From an uncultured Chloroflexia bacterium (GTDB lineage: Bacteria > Chloroflexota > Anaerolineae > CG2-30-64-16), in assembly GCA_963810095.1 (NCBI GenBank), contig CAWEMM010000006.1, positions 1,056,001 through 1,120,000 of the forward strand: a stretch of DNA of 64,000 nucleotides. The letters are read 5' to 3'. Numbering within the stretch: position 1 is the stretch's first letter; each line of letters starts with the position of its first letter. The notes beneath the pieces are model-generated. The model was not told the origin of the DNA. It worked only from the letters and a program-made list of their open reading frames with translations, and did not search any database. Below, piece by piece: positions 10,464 through 20,014 of the stretch. Made by a program: the position numbers and the translations under genes.

Positions 10464-11621
10464 TTGTATCCGCGGAGGCGTGCTCTGGACCTGGAAAAAC
10501 TCTACTCGAACGTGCCGGAGCCCCGGCACGTGTGGGTCACGGACCGGCAGAGCGTCGCTCCGGGGCAGCATATCGAGGCCGACGACGCATGGGATGCGTT
10601 TCTGGCCGCATCGCCCCACGGTCACCTCCTGCAGAGCGCGCGTTGGGCCCGCTTCAAGTCGGGCCCCAGTTGGTCCGCTTTGCGCGTTGTGCTGCGCACT
10701 ATCCCCAGCCCGACCGCACCGCTGCTGGGCGGCGCCAGCATCCTCTTTCGCACGCTCCCCTTCCGGCAGTCGCTCGCCTACGTGCCAAAGGGACCCGCAG
10801 TAAACTGGTCCGAGCCCGATCAGGTGCGGGCGGTCTTGACGATGGCTCGCAGCGCGGCCGCCAAAGCGGGCGCTGCCTTGCTCAAGATCGAGCCCGACCT
10901 CCCGCTGACCCCGGCCCTATCGACCGCTTTGCAACAGCACGGCTTTCTGTCGAGCCCGCAGCGCGTGCAGCCCCTCACGACGATCGTCGTCGATCTGGGG
11001 GGCAGCGAAGAAGAGATCCTGGGCCGCATGAAGCAGAAATGGCGCTACAATATCCGCCTGAGCGAGCGCAAGGGCGTGACTGTGCGCGAAGGCGGGCTGG
11101 ACGACTTAGCCGCAATCCAGGGCTTGATGGACGCGACGGGCAAGCGCGACGGTTTCAGCGTGCATGATATGGCATACCACCGCCGCGCCACCGAGCTTTT
11201 CGCGCCGGCCGGCATGATGGTGTGGCTGCTCGCCGAGCACGAAGGCCAGCTCCTGGCCGCCATTGCGGTCTTTGCACTGGGTCACGCGGCCTACTACCTG
11301 TGGGGCGCCTCGGCCGACGACGGCCGGAACGTGATGCCCAACCACGCCGTCCAATGGGCGGCCATGCGTTGGGCGCGCGCCCGGGGCTGCACCGTCTATG
11401 ACCTGTGGGGCGTGCCCGACGAGGTGGGTGACGATCCCCAGGCTTACGCTGAGCCCGAAAGCTGGGGCCACGGAGGCCTATGGGGCGTGTACCGGTTCAA
11501 GCAGGGCTTCGGCGGCCGGGTCGTGCGGTTCGCAGGGGCCTGGGATCTGCCGCTCTCGAAGCCCCGGTACGCGCTGTACAAGTTGGCGCTGCGCGTCAGG
11601 AAGTCGCAGGTAAGTGGATGA
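10464..11621 (+). CDS. FemABX family peptidoglycan interpeptide-bridge aminoacyltransferase (start uncertain)
   Basis: HLLQSARW, YVPKGP, KWRYNIRL, YDLWG, GVYRFKQGFGG. Confidence 0.92.
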   Translation: MYPRRRALDLEKLYSNVPEPRHVWVTDRQSVAPGQHIEADDAWDAFLAASPHGHLLQSARWARFKSGPSWSALRVVLRTIPSPTAPLLGGASILFRTLPFRQSLAYVPKGPAVNWSEPDQVRAVLTMARSAAAKAGAALLKIEPDLPLTPALSTALQQHGFLSSPQRVQPLTTIVVDLGGSEEEILGRMKQKWRYNIRLSERKGVTVREGGLDDLAAIQGLMDATGKRDGFSVHDMAYHRRATELFAPAGMMVWLLAEHEGQLLAAIAVFALGHAAYYLWGASADDGRNVMPNHAVQWAAMRWARARGCTVYDLWGVPDEVGDDPQAYAEPESWGHGGLWGVYRFKQGFGGRVVRFAGAWDLPLSKPRYALYKLALRVRKSQVSG

Positions 11622-12736
11622 GCGAAGGCGCGATCACCGTCCAGGAGACAACCGATCCCAAGACATGGGACCAGAGCGTGCTGGCCATGCCCGAGCCGCA
11701 CATTCTCCAGAGCTGGGCCTGGGGCGCGGGCAAGGCGCAGACCGGGTGGCGCGCAAAGCGGCTGATATGGGGCGAGGATGTCGCGGTCCCGGGAGCAGGC
11801 AACCGCTTTGCGCCGTGGGCCTGCGCAAACCTCCTCGTGCGCCGGCTCAACCCGCGCCTGCCGCTCGCCGTCGCCTACGTGCCGAAGGGCCCGCTGTTGG
11901 ATTGGTCGGACGAAGAGCTGGTCGTGCGCGTGCTGCGTGATCTCGAGCAGACGGCCCGGAAAGAGCGGGCCCTGTTCGTCAAAATTGATCCCGACGTGGC
12001 TGCCGGGTCGCCCGAGGGAGACGCGCTCGTCGCGTTGCTCGAGCGCCGGCGGTGGACCCTCTCCGCCGAGCAGATCCAATACCGCAACACGGTCGTCAGC
12101 GACTTGGCCCCAACCGAGGAAGCGCTGCTGGCGGGCATGAAGCCGAAGTGGCGCTACAACATCCGGCTGGCGGAACGGAACGGCGTTTGCGTGCGGGCCG
12201 GCGGGCCGGCCGACTTGCCCTCGTTCTACGCTATGTACGCCGAAACAGGCCAACGAGACGGGTTCCTGGTCCGGCCGTTTTCGTACTACCAGCAGATCTG
12301 GGAACCCTTCATTGCCCAAGGGCTCGCACACCTGCTCCTGGCGGTGGCCGGCGACGAAGCCATTGCAGGACTCATTTTGTTCCGCTTCGGGCCCACGGCC
12401 TGGTACTTTTACGGCGCGTCGACCGCGCAACACCGCGACCTGATGCCCAACCATGCGCTGCAGTGGGCCGCCCTCCGCTGGGCCAAGGCGCACGGCTGCA
12501 CGCGCTATGACTGGTGGGGCGCGCCCGACGTGCTGGACGAAAGCGACGCCATGTGGGGCGTGTATCGCTTCAAGCAGGGCTTCGGTGGGCAGTTCGTGCC
12601 CCACGTTGGCGCCTGGGATTTCCCGGTCAACCAGGGCCTGTATTGGGCCTACACGAAGGCGATGCCGAAGGTGCTGGACACGATGCGCCGGCGCCGCAAG
12701 GACGAGCGGACGAACGACGGTCAGGCGGCGGCATAG
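11618..12736 (+). CDS. FemABX family aminoacyltransferase, second paralog
   Basis: HILQSWAW, YVPKGP, KWRYNIRL, YDWWG, GVYRFKQGFGG; ATGA overlap with the upstream paralog. Confidence 0.92.
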   Translation: MSEGAITVQETTDPKTWDQSVLAMPEPHILQSWAWGAGKAQTGWRAKRLIWGEDVAVPGAGNRFAPWACANLLVRRLNPRLPLAVAYVPKGPLLDWSDEELVVRVLRDLEQTARKERALFVKIDPDVAAGSPEGDALVALLERRRWTLSAEQIQYRNTVVSDLAPTEEALLAGMKPKWRYNIRLAERNGVCVRAGGPADLPSFYAMYAETGQRDGFLVRPFSYYQQIWEPFIAQGLAHLLLAVAGDEAIAGLILFRFGPTAWYFYGASTAQHRDLMPNHALQWAALRWAKAHGCTRYDWWGAPDVLDESDAMWGVYRFKQGFGGQFVPHVGAWDFPVNQGLYWAYTKAMPKVLDTMRRRRKDERTNDGQAAA

Positions 12737-13035
12737 ACCCTCACCCCGCGCTGCCGGACAACGCGGGATGAAATGGGACACTGATTGAACGGATTGGACT
12801 GATTGTCACGATCTTTCCCGAAGGACAGTGCAGATCAGTTCGATCAGTTGCATCGGTGTCCCATATTCGGACTCGGCCGTTCATGCGCGCAGATGATGAC
12901 TAACTGGACCCTCACCTCTCACTCCCGGACAACCCGGGATTAAATAGGACACTGATCGAACGAATTGGACTGATTGTCACGATCTATCCCGAAGGACAGT
13001 GCGTATCAGTTCAATCAGTTGCATCAGTGTCCCAT
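12736..13035. repeat. Tandem duplication of a 129-bp palindromic element (copies 12736-12864 and 12907-13035)
   Basis: Period 171 bp, about 14 mismatches by eye; each copy has arms ATRGGACACTGAT..GGACTGAT and ATCAGTTC..ATCRGTGTCCCAT. Confidence 0.9.
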
Positions 13036-13073
13036 TCCCGCCCATCATGACCTTTCCCATCAGGTCATAATTG

Positions 13074-14123
13074 TCAGCGCGGTTGTTCGCGCCCCAGTTC
13101 CAGCATCTGCTTCCGCGAAGCCGCGCCTGTCGCCCCCACCTGCCGAATCGTGACCCCCGCCGCCAGGCAGCCCACTTCCGCTGCTTCCGGGACTGACGCG
13201 CCCGCGCACAGCGCGCACGCGATGCCCGCCATCGCAGCGTCGCCCGCGCCCACCGTGTCGATCGGGCCGCGGCTGGCGACCGCGGGCGCCAGGGTTTGCC
13301 CCTCGGCGTGCAGCGCCAGGATGCCGTGGGAGCCCAGGGTGAGGAAAACCGGCTGGCCGTTCCTGCGATGCAGCCGCTCGCCCGCCGACTCAATCAGGGC
13401 GCGGTCAAGTTCCCAGTCCGGTTCCCCATCCCCTGCCCACCTCGCTTCGCGGTCCACCGCTCGCACCGCTTCCCGCGCGTTCGGCTTGATCAGCACGTTC
13501 GCAAACTGCCCGATACGCTCACGAGAGTCGGCGATGAAAGCAACCTCGCTGTAGGTCTGCGCCAGCACGCTTAGCTCGTCGCGGACCCGCTCGGTCACCA
13601 CCCCGAAGTTCTCCTCCGGCACCTGGTCGGCAATGATCACAGCGTGAACGCGCGGCAGGAGCCCCCGTAGCGTCTTGATCAGCTGGTCCTCGGCTGCGCG
13701 CGGCACCGGCGCCCGGTTCTTGATGTCCAGCCGGTTCAGTTCGCGCAGCGCGCCGCCACGCATCCGCAGCAGCGGCTTGATGTAAGTAGGCGTAAAGCGA
13801 TCGGCGCGGATCACCAGCCCCTCCACGTCGACCCCCGTCCCGTCCAGCGCGCGGAGCAACTCGAACCCTTCCCCATCATCGCCCACCACGCCGACCGCGA
13901 GCACGTTCGCGCCCATCGCCCGCAGGTTATTAGTCACCGTGCCGGCCGCGCCGGGGCTCGCGCGCACCTCGACGACCTGGTGCGCCTCGAGCCCGGTCTC
14001 CAGCGACGTCTCCGCCAGCGCCTGGTCGATGACCAGGTACTTATCGAGGAAGAAGTCGCCGACCACCAGGATCGTCTTCTGGCTGAACTGCGCCAGGAGC
14101 ATGTCGAGTCGTTCGAGGTTCAT
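13074..14123 (-). CDS. PfkB family kinase, RfaE/HldE domain I (heptose-7-phosphate kinase)-like
   Basis: ILVVGDFFLDKY, PGAAGTV, LIKPNARE, IDTVGAGD. Confidence 0.85.
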   Translation of the reverse strand: MNLERLDMLLAQFSQKTILVVGDFFLDKYLVIDQALAETSLETGLEAHQVVEVRASPGAAGTVTNNLRAMGANVLAVGVVGDDGEGFELLRALDGTGVDVEGLVIRADRFTPTYIKPLLRMRGGALRELNRLDIKNRAPVPRAAEDQLIKTLRGLLPRVHAVIIADQVPEENFGVVTERVRDELSVLAQTYSEVAFIADSRERIGQFANVLIKPNAREAVRAVDREARWAGDGEPDWELDRALIESAGERLHRRNGQPVFLTLGSHGILALHAEGQTLAPAVASRGPIDTVGAGDAAMAGIACALCAGASVPEAAEVGCLAAGVTIRQVGATGAASRKQMLELGREQPR

Positions 14124-14145
14124 GCGGACTCCAATGAATGGGCTA

Positions 14146-14217
14146 ACCACAAAGGCACCAAGACACGACGTCTCACAAAGCGCTTGGTGATTCCTTGTGT
14201 CTTCGAGTCTTTGTGGT
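14146..14217. repeat. Palindromic element with 9-bp-periodic arms (ACCACAAAGGCACCAAGACAC type)
   Basis: Left arm ACCACAAAGGCACCAAGACAC, right arm GTGTCTTCGAGTCTTTGTGGT; abuts the stop codon at 14217. Confidence 0.7.
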
Positions 14218-15185
14218 CAAAACGCCTGCTCCCGGGCGAGCAGGCGGTGCAAGGCGGGCAGCGTGCCGCGATGCGGGCCGCGGATATAGTAGCTCTCGCC
14301 CCCGTCCTGCACCGTCCGGACGAGAATCGTCTTGAAGGGGCGATAATAGTAACGGGCGTCGGACTTCGGCGCTTCGTGTTCGAGGTCCGCGCCCAGGTCC
14401 AGCAAGTCAAACACGGCAGTCGTAAACCGGTTGATCTTCCGTCCTTCCTGGTGTGCGACGTTGCGTGCCATCGCCAGGGCCTTCAGGTACACTTCCGGCC
14501 CCATGACCGCCGTACCGTAGTTGAGCAGGACTCCCCCCTCCAGGCCCGTCACGGACTGCGCAAAGACCAGGAAGTCCCGGTAGGAGGCCTCGCCAAGCGC
14601 GCCGCCGTCGCAGTTCGGGTGCTCATGGATGATGTCCTGGCCGATGCTGGCATGCACCGTAACCGGCACCCGCAGCCGGTAGCCGGCCGCGAGGATGCTC
14701 ACGTCCTTGTGCGGATAGTTCCCCTCCGCGATTTCCCGTCCGAGCGCCTCGCCGTAGCCCAACCCGTCTCGCAGGCCGGCCGCCACGATGTCGTTGATGC
14801 GCCCGGTCTCGCGCCACAAGCCGAACTGCCCCTCCGCGATGTAGCGGGCCACGCTCTCCGTCGTCGCACCTATCAGTGCGAGTTCGTAATCATGGATGGG
14901 CCCCGCCCCGTTCATGCCCACGTGCGTGATCAGGCCACGGGCCATCAGGTCGATCACGAAGCGTGAGAGACCGCTCTTGATCACGTGCGCGCCCATCAGC
15001 AGGATCACGGCTGCGCCGTCTCGCCGGGCGGCCAGGATCCGCTCTGCGACGACGGGCAGGTTAGGGTGTGCAAACCGGTCGCCGGGTGTGTCCAGCGGCA
15101 GCACCTCGCCCAGCTGCATGTCATGCACGCGCTCAGCGAGCGGTTTTACAACCAGGCGACTCCGGTCGAATTGCGCATACGGCAC
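14217..15185 (-). CDS. Conserved hypothetical protein, deoxyhypusine-synthase-like fold
   Basis: VILLMGAHVIKSG, MNGAGPIHD, PVTVHASIGQDIIHEHP, GTAVMGPEVYLKAL. Confidence 0.65.
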   Translation of the reverse strand: MPYAQFDRSRLVVKPLAERVHDMQLGEVLPLDTPGDRFAHPNLPVVAERILAARRDGAAVILLMGAHVIKSGLSRFVIDLMARGLITHVGMNGAGPIHDYELALIGATTESVARYIAEGQFGLWRETGRINDIVAAGLRDGLGYGEALGREIAEGNYPHKDVSILAAGYRLRVPVTVHASIGQDIIHEHPNCDGGALGEASYRDFLVFAQSVTGLEGGVLLNYGTAVMGPEVYLKALAMARNVAHQEGRKINRFTTAVFDLLDLGADLEHEAPKSDARYYYRPFKTILVRTVQDGGESYYIRGPHRGTLPALHRLLAREQAF

Positions 15186-15186
15186 G

Positions 15187-16002
15187 TTACGCCCCCCAGA
15201 GATATGCGAGGAGGGTTTCCTGTTCGCGAAAGTCCGGCACGATCAGGTCCGCGCCCGCCTCGATCAAGCGGTTCCGCTTCCACTCGTCGATGCCGCTGCG
15301 CCGCGCCTCGTCCGACGCAACCCCGACGGCAATGCCGCCAACGCGCTTAGTGTCTTCGATCTCGACAAAACCGTCCCCGAACGCCACGAATTCCGGGCCG
15401 GACAGCTCGTGCTCTGCGATAATCCGGTCGATCAGCATCTGCTTCGAAAAAGACCGTAATCGTCTTTCGCCCCGTAAATGCCGTCGAAGCAGGCTGCAAT
15501 GCCGAGGGCGGCGGCCTCCTCGAGCACAAAGGGCTCGTCGGTGCCCGACGCAAGATAACACGCGACGCCCCGGCTGCGCAACGCGCTCGAGCATGGCCCG
15601 GCTCCCAGGCACCATCAGACTATCGGGCTCGATCTGCCCCAGCTTCAAGCCGTCGATGCGGCCCGCAATCCGCTCGCTCAGCCGGTCAAGGTACATGCGC
15701 TTGTACGCCAGGGGCTCGAGCGGCCGGCCGCCCCGATTCCGGATTTCGTCGGCCAACTGAATCATCTGGTAGATGGTTTGCTTCCCGGTCAACCGCGTAA
15801 CATAATCCCTCACCACGGCTTCGACTGTGGCTTCGTCCTCGTGTTCCGGCGTCTCGAGCAGCAGATCGACCATCATGGGAACCATCACGTCCTGCCAGCC
15901 CTCGCGGATGAGCGACAGGGTGCCGTCGAAGTCAAACAAGGCGTAGCGGATGCGACCGCGGGCCAAGTCGGGGTTGAGAATCTCGATCAAGCGCTTATCC
16001 AT
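15187..16002 (-). CDS. HAD superfamily hydrolase (two compensating frameshifts, about 15460-15560)
   Basis: FDFDGTLS motif I; AFGDGFVEI motif IV; LIEAGADLIVPDF. Confidence 0.85.
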   Translation of the reverse strand: MDKRLIEILNPDLARGRIRYALFDFDGTLSLIREGWQDVMVPMMVDLLLETPEHEDEATVEAVVRDYVTRLTGKQTIYQMIQLADEIRNRGGRPLEPLAYKRMYLDRLSERIAGRIDGLKLGQIEPDSLMVPGSRAMLERVAQPGRRVLSCVGHRRALCARGGRRPRHCSLLRRHLRGERRLRSFSKQMLIDRIIAEHELSGPEFVAFGDGFVEIEDTKRVGGIAVGVASDEARRSGIDEWKRNRLIEAGADLIVPDFREQETLLAYLWGA

Positions 16003-16999
16003 CCCGGCCAGGGGCTCTGTTTGAGGGTCGGAAAATGCCTAACCAAGCGCGCTTTCCGCCAGCGCAGCCGCGCCCCACAGCGGCGCGTCGTCCGCCATGC
16101 CCGCCGGCACGATGGCGACCCGTGCCTGTGGCAGCGTTTCGGTCCGCGGCAGTTTCTCGAACCCGTTCCCACCACTGTTCGCCGGCCTTGGTCACGCCGC
16201 CACCCAGCACCACCCGCTCGGGATTAAGCAGGTTGATGGCCGCGGCAATTCCCGAGCCGAGCGCGGCCGCAGCGTCCAGCAGCACCTCAAGCGCCAATGC
16301 GTCGCCGGCCTGAGCCGCACGCGCGACCAACTCGCCCGTGATGTTTTCCGGACGCCCCTTTGCCAGCTGCAACAGCAGCGATCCCCGATCCCCGCCCTCG
16401 ACAAGCCGCGCAACCGCTTTGCGAGCCATGGCGGGGCCGCACGCTTCTGCCTCGACACACCCACGTCGCCCGCACGAACACGGCAGGCCGCCGGGGCGAA
16501 CGATGGTGTGTCCGATCTCGCCTGCCATCCCGTCTGCGCCGCCCCAGATGCGCCCACCCAGCACCCAGCCCCCGCCAACACCGGTGCTGACCGTCACGTA
16601 GAGCAGGCTGCCGGCGCCCTGGCCCGCCCCGAAGCGCCACTCGCCCAGCGCAGCGGCATTCGCGTCGTTGTCGACCACGGCAGGCACGCCGAACTCGCGG
16701 CCCAACTCCTCCGCCAGCGGCACATTCTCCCAACCGGGCACGTGGTGCGAGAGTCGCACGACCCCCGCCCCGGCGTCCACCGGCCCGCCAAAGCTGACGC
16801 CGACCGCCGCAAGCCGGCCGCGCACCTGCGTCATCAGCTCGCGCGCCATGCGCAAAACGGTCGTTTGGTCGTAAGCCGCATTTGCCCCTGCCGGCGACAG
16901 GACGCGGGCGTGCGCGGCCCAACGCCGCTCGCCCCGCCGCAGAATTGCCGCCGAGTGCTTCGTGCCTCCATAATCCAGCGCAAGAAGAAGCTCGTCCAT
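15995..16999 (-). CDS. ROK family sugar kinase (frameshift near 16130)
   Basis: LDYGGTK, DNDANAAALGE, GEIGH, CSCGRRGCVEAEACG. Confidence 0.92.
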   Translation of the reverse strand: MDELLLALDYGGTKHSAAILRRGERRWAAHARVLSPAGANAAYDQTTVLRMARELMTQVRGRLAAVGVSFGGPVDAGAGVVRLSHHVPGWENVPLAEELGREFGVPAVVDNDANAAALGEWRFGAGQGAGSLLYVTVSTGVGGGWVLGGRIWGGADGMAGEIGHTIVRPGGLPCSCGRRGCVEAEACGPAMARKAVARLVEGGDRGSLLLQLAKGRPENITGELVARAAQAGDALALEVLLDAAAALGSGIAAAINLLNPERVVLGGGVTKAGEQWWERVRETAADRNAATGTGRHRAGGHGGRRAAVGRGCAGGKRAWLGIFRPSNRAPGRDG

Positions 17000-17009
17000 A
17001 GAGCGTTGA

Positions 17010-17100
17010 TGGAACGCAAATTCAAGGGATGGAACTGATCCTCCGGATCTTGCAGGAGATCCGGAGGATCAGTTCCATCAGTCAAATCAGCGTCCTATTA
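17010..17100. repeat. Palindromic element of the ATAGGAC/ACTGAT family
   Basis: GATGGAACTGATCCTCCGGATCT and AGATCCGGAGGATCAGTTCCATC form a perfect 23-bp stem, followed by AGTCAAATCAGCGTCCTAT. Confidence 0.75.
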
Positions 17101-17643
17101 CTCCTCCATCAATCTCAGGAACACCGCATGGAGGATGACCAGGTGCGCATCCTCGATGACCTGCATGGATTCGTCGGGCACGACCACCGCGATGTCGCAC
17201 AGCGGCGTCAACTTGCCGCCATCACGGCCCGTGAGCCCGATGCGCGTGAGGCCCATCGCCGCGGCCGTCTCCATGGCCTTGATCACGTTCGGCGAGTTGC
17301 CGCTGCCGCTCAAAGCGATCACCACGTCGCCCGGTTCGGCAAATGCCTCGAGCTGCTTCGCGAGAGCGATGTCGTAGCTCTCATCGTTCGAGTAGGCCGT
17401 GAGGGTGGGCGTGTTGTCGGTGAGGCACATCGCGCGGAAGCGCGGCCGCGCCGGGTGCAGCGCGCTCTTGACCAGGTCGTTGACGATGTGTGACGCGTTG
17501 GCCGACGAGCCCCCGTTGCCGATCATGAAGATCGTGCGCTGGTGCACCTGTGCGTCGATCATGACCTCGACGATCCGCTCGACCGGTTCGGGCGGGATGC
17601 GGGGCAGCACCCCGGCCACCCGGCGGAAATACTCAGTAACCAT
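17098..17643 (-). CDS. gmhA: SIS-domain phosphoheptose isomerase (GmhA-like)
   Basis: IGNGGSSANASH, TAYSND, SGSGNSPNV, GLTGRDGG, EDAHLVILH. Confidence 0.8.
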   Translation of the reverse strand: MVTEYFRRVAGVLPRIPPEPVERIVEVMIDAQVHQRTIFMIGNGGSSANASHIVNDLVKSALHPARPRFRAMCLTDNTPTLTAYSNDESYDIALAKQLEAFAEPGDVVIALSGSGNSPNVIKAMETAAAMGLTRIGLTGRDGGKLTPLCDIAVVVPDESMQVIEDAHLVILHAVFLRLMEE

Positions 17644-17668
17644 GCAGTGATTCGTCCCTGACACAAGG

Positions 17669-17698
17669 ATCGGCGCTCACGAACTTGTGAGCGCCGAT
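17669..17698. other. Intergenic stem-loop
   Basis: ATCGGCGCTCAC-GAACTT-GTGAGCGCCGAT. Confidence 0.5.
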
Positions 17699-17751
17699 GC
17701 CATTCTACCAGACAGGCTGCGGTTAGGCCAGCGCGCCGGGCCCAGCGGCGG

Positions 17752-18816
17752 TTAGTGTTTCTGCAGCGAGCCGTCCGCGTTGTAGACGCCGTACTTGTGT
17801 GCCGCTTCGATCAACGCATGAATGTTGGCTGAGGGTGTGTCGGACCCGAGCGCACACCCCGGACCCAGGATCAGGCCCCCCCGGGGCCCCAGGATTTCCA
17901 CCGCTTCGCGTACGGCCGCGTCCACCTCGGCCGGCGACTGAGCCCCCCAGATCAGCTCCGGGTTGATCGGGCCCAGGAACGTCGCCCGACCCTGCATCAG
18001 TTCCTTGGCCTGCGGCATCTTCGTCTTGTAGTCCAGTTCGAGAATCGGCGCGCCGGTCGCGAGCATTTCGGGCAGGATCATCGTCGAGTCGCCGCAGATG
18101 TGGAGCGCCATGGGGAAGTCGGGCGCGGAGACGGCCCCGATCGTTTTGCAATCGTACGGATGCGCCCACTTCCTGTGCAGCCGCGGGCCGATGATGTCCA
18201 CCCCAAGCTCGCCCATCGACGTCCCGTGCGCGCCGGCCTCCTTCATAGCCAGTGCAAAGCGCGTTTGGACCTTCACGCAGTAGTCAAGCACCTTGTGGAT
18301 CAGTTCGGGCTGCTCGTTCAGCGTCATGTCCAGGATGAACTGCTCGTAACCCCGCAGGGCCGCGCCGAGCGCCACTGGACCCTGGTCGGCCCGGCCCATG
18401 ATGAACACATCGTTGCCGAGCGTCTTGCGCAGAATGCGGACTGCCTCGATGCAGTGGGAGAGGGGCGGCGTCGTGAAGGGATCGGGAACCTCGAGCTCGT
18501 CGATTTTCTCCAGCCCCTGGCCCAGAACGTGCCCCGCCACCCGCGGCGGCCGGTCGTCAAAGAACTCGACCGTGCAGCCACATGCGCCCGCCTCCCCCAC
18601 CACACCGTTCTCCACCAGCAGCATGTCGTGGCCGAAGTCGCGCCAGAACTTTAGCTGGGCCTCGGCCAGCATTTCGCCGCTTTGCAGCGCCTGCGCCATG
18701 GGCAGGCCGGCGTAGGCGATTGTGGTGAGGAAATTGTGCAGGTCGACGGGCACCCGGTCGGGGATACCGTGGTTGACCACGGTCATTACCCGCTCGTAGG
18801 AGGTCATCTCGTGCAT
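17752..18816 (-). CDS. Uroporphyrinogen decarboxylase / MtaA-CmuA family protein
   Basis: MTSYERV..PDRVPV, GPVALGAALRG, LHICG, ILGPGC. Confidence 0.88.
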   Translation of the reverse strand: MHEMTSYERVMTVVNHGIPDRVPVDLHNFLTTIAYAGLPMAQALQSGEMLAEAQLKFWRDFGHDMLLVENGVVGEAGACGCTVEFFDDRPPRVAGHVLGQGLEKIDELEVPDPFTTPPLSHCIEAVRILRKTLGNDVFIMGRADQGPVALGAALRGYEQFILDMTLNEQPELIHKVLDYCVKVQTRFALAMKEAGAHGTSMGELGVDIIGPRLHRKWAHPYDCKTIGAVSAPDFPMALHICGDSTMILPEMLATGAPILELDYKTKMPQAKELMQGRATFLGPINPELIWGAQSPAEVDAAVREAVEILGPRGGLILGPGCALGSDTPSANIHALIEAAHKYGVYNADGSLQKH

Positions 18817-18817
18817 G

Positions 18818-19999
18818 TCAGTACTTCAGCTCGATCCGGCGGCCGCTGCGCGACGAGCGCACGATGGCGTCCATGACGACCTGGCAGCGATAACCGTCCT
18901 CAAACGTCGCGCCATGCGGCGCCACCGGCTTGTTCTCCGCCACGCAGTCGACGAAGTGGTGCAGCGCATGGACGTGACCGTACTCCCAGCCCGCATTGTG
19001 GCCCACGGGGAGATAGACCGTCGAGAGCGGGTGGCCGGGATCGGTCACCGAGACGTTCGCGAAACCGCGGACCTTCTGGGGCGGCTGCCCGTCGATGAAG
19101 ACCTGCAAGTGGTTCGGATCTTCGAGGTCCCAGGCCACGCTCCCCTTCGATCCGTTAATTTCCCAGGTGTGCTGGTTACGGTGGCCGGTCGCCACCCCCG
19201 ACGACTCGATGGTGCCGGTTGCGCCGCCGGCGAACTCCACCAGCGCCAGGTTGCCCTCATCCGCAGTCACCGTCTCGACCTGCCCGCCTCGGGCCGTCCG
19301 CACGGGGTTGTAGGTGCGCACCAGGCCGCTGAGCGCGACGATGTCGCCCAGGAGAAAGCGTGCCATGTCGACAATGTGTGACCCTATGCCGAGCAAGATG
19401 CCCGAACGGGTGCCCGAAGCGTACCAGGCGTCTTCCAGGGGCGCGTCGGGGTTATGGCCCGGCTCCTGCAAATAGCGGCCGCGGAAGTGATAGATTTTGC
19501 CCAGCGCCCCGGTTTCGATCAGTTCCTTCGCGAGCCGGACTGCGGGGAAGAAGCGGTAGTTGAAGCAGCACATGTGCTTCACGCCCGCCTTTTCCACGGC
19601 CTCCAGCATCGCGGCCGCATCTCGCACCGTCATCGCCAGCGGCTTCTCGCAGATGACGTGCTTGCCGGCCTGGGCCGCAGCAATGGACGGCGCCCGGTGG
19701 CGGTCGTCGGGCGTGACGTTGTCGACGACGTCGATGGCCGGGTCTTTGAGCATCAGCTTCCAGTCGGTGTAGTACCCGCCGTAGTGCATCCGGGCGGCCA
19801 TGTTCGCCACCTTCGCCTCGTCCCGGCCGCAAATTGCCACCAGCTGCGGATAGGCGGCAGGCGCGTTGAAGCTGTACGGGATCTTGAGAAAGGCGTTCGA
19901 GTGGACCTTGCCCATGAAGCCGTAGCCGAGCATGCCGATGCCGACGCGGCGCTCGCTCAAGACCGCGGCGTCGACCGGCGTGAATCCTTTTGCTGCCAC
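18818..19999 (-). CDS. Gfo/Idh/MocA family oxidoreductase
   Basis: GYGFMGKVH, HVICEKPLA, FNYRF, HIVDMARFL. Confidence 0.92.
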   Translation of the reverse strand: MAAKGFTPVDAAVLSERRVGIGMLGYGFMGKVHSNAFLKIPYSFNAPAAYPQLVAICGRDEAKVANMAARMHYGGYYTDWKLMLKDPAIDVVDNVTPDDRHRAPSIAAAQAGKHVICEKPLAMTVRDAAAMLEAVEKAGVKHMCCFNYRFFPAVRLAKELIETGALGKIYHFRGRYLQEPGHNPDAPLEDAWYASGTRSGILLGIGSHIVDMARFLLGDIVALSGLVRTYNPVRTARGGQVETVTADEGNLALVEFAGGATGTIESSGVATGHRNQHTWEINGSKGSVAWDLEDPNHLQVFIDGQPPQKVRGFANVSVTDPGHPLSTVYLPVGHNAGWEYGHVHALHHFVDCVAENKPVAPHGATFEDGYRCQVVMDAIVRSSRSGRRIELKY

Positions 20000-20014
20000 G
20001 GGTCCCTCCTCACA

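Noticed and set aside
12736-13035. CRISPR array
   Set aside because: Only two copies, the 129-bp unit is far longer than a CRISPR repeat, and no cas genes are present
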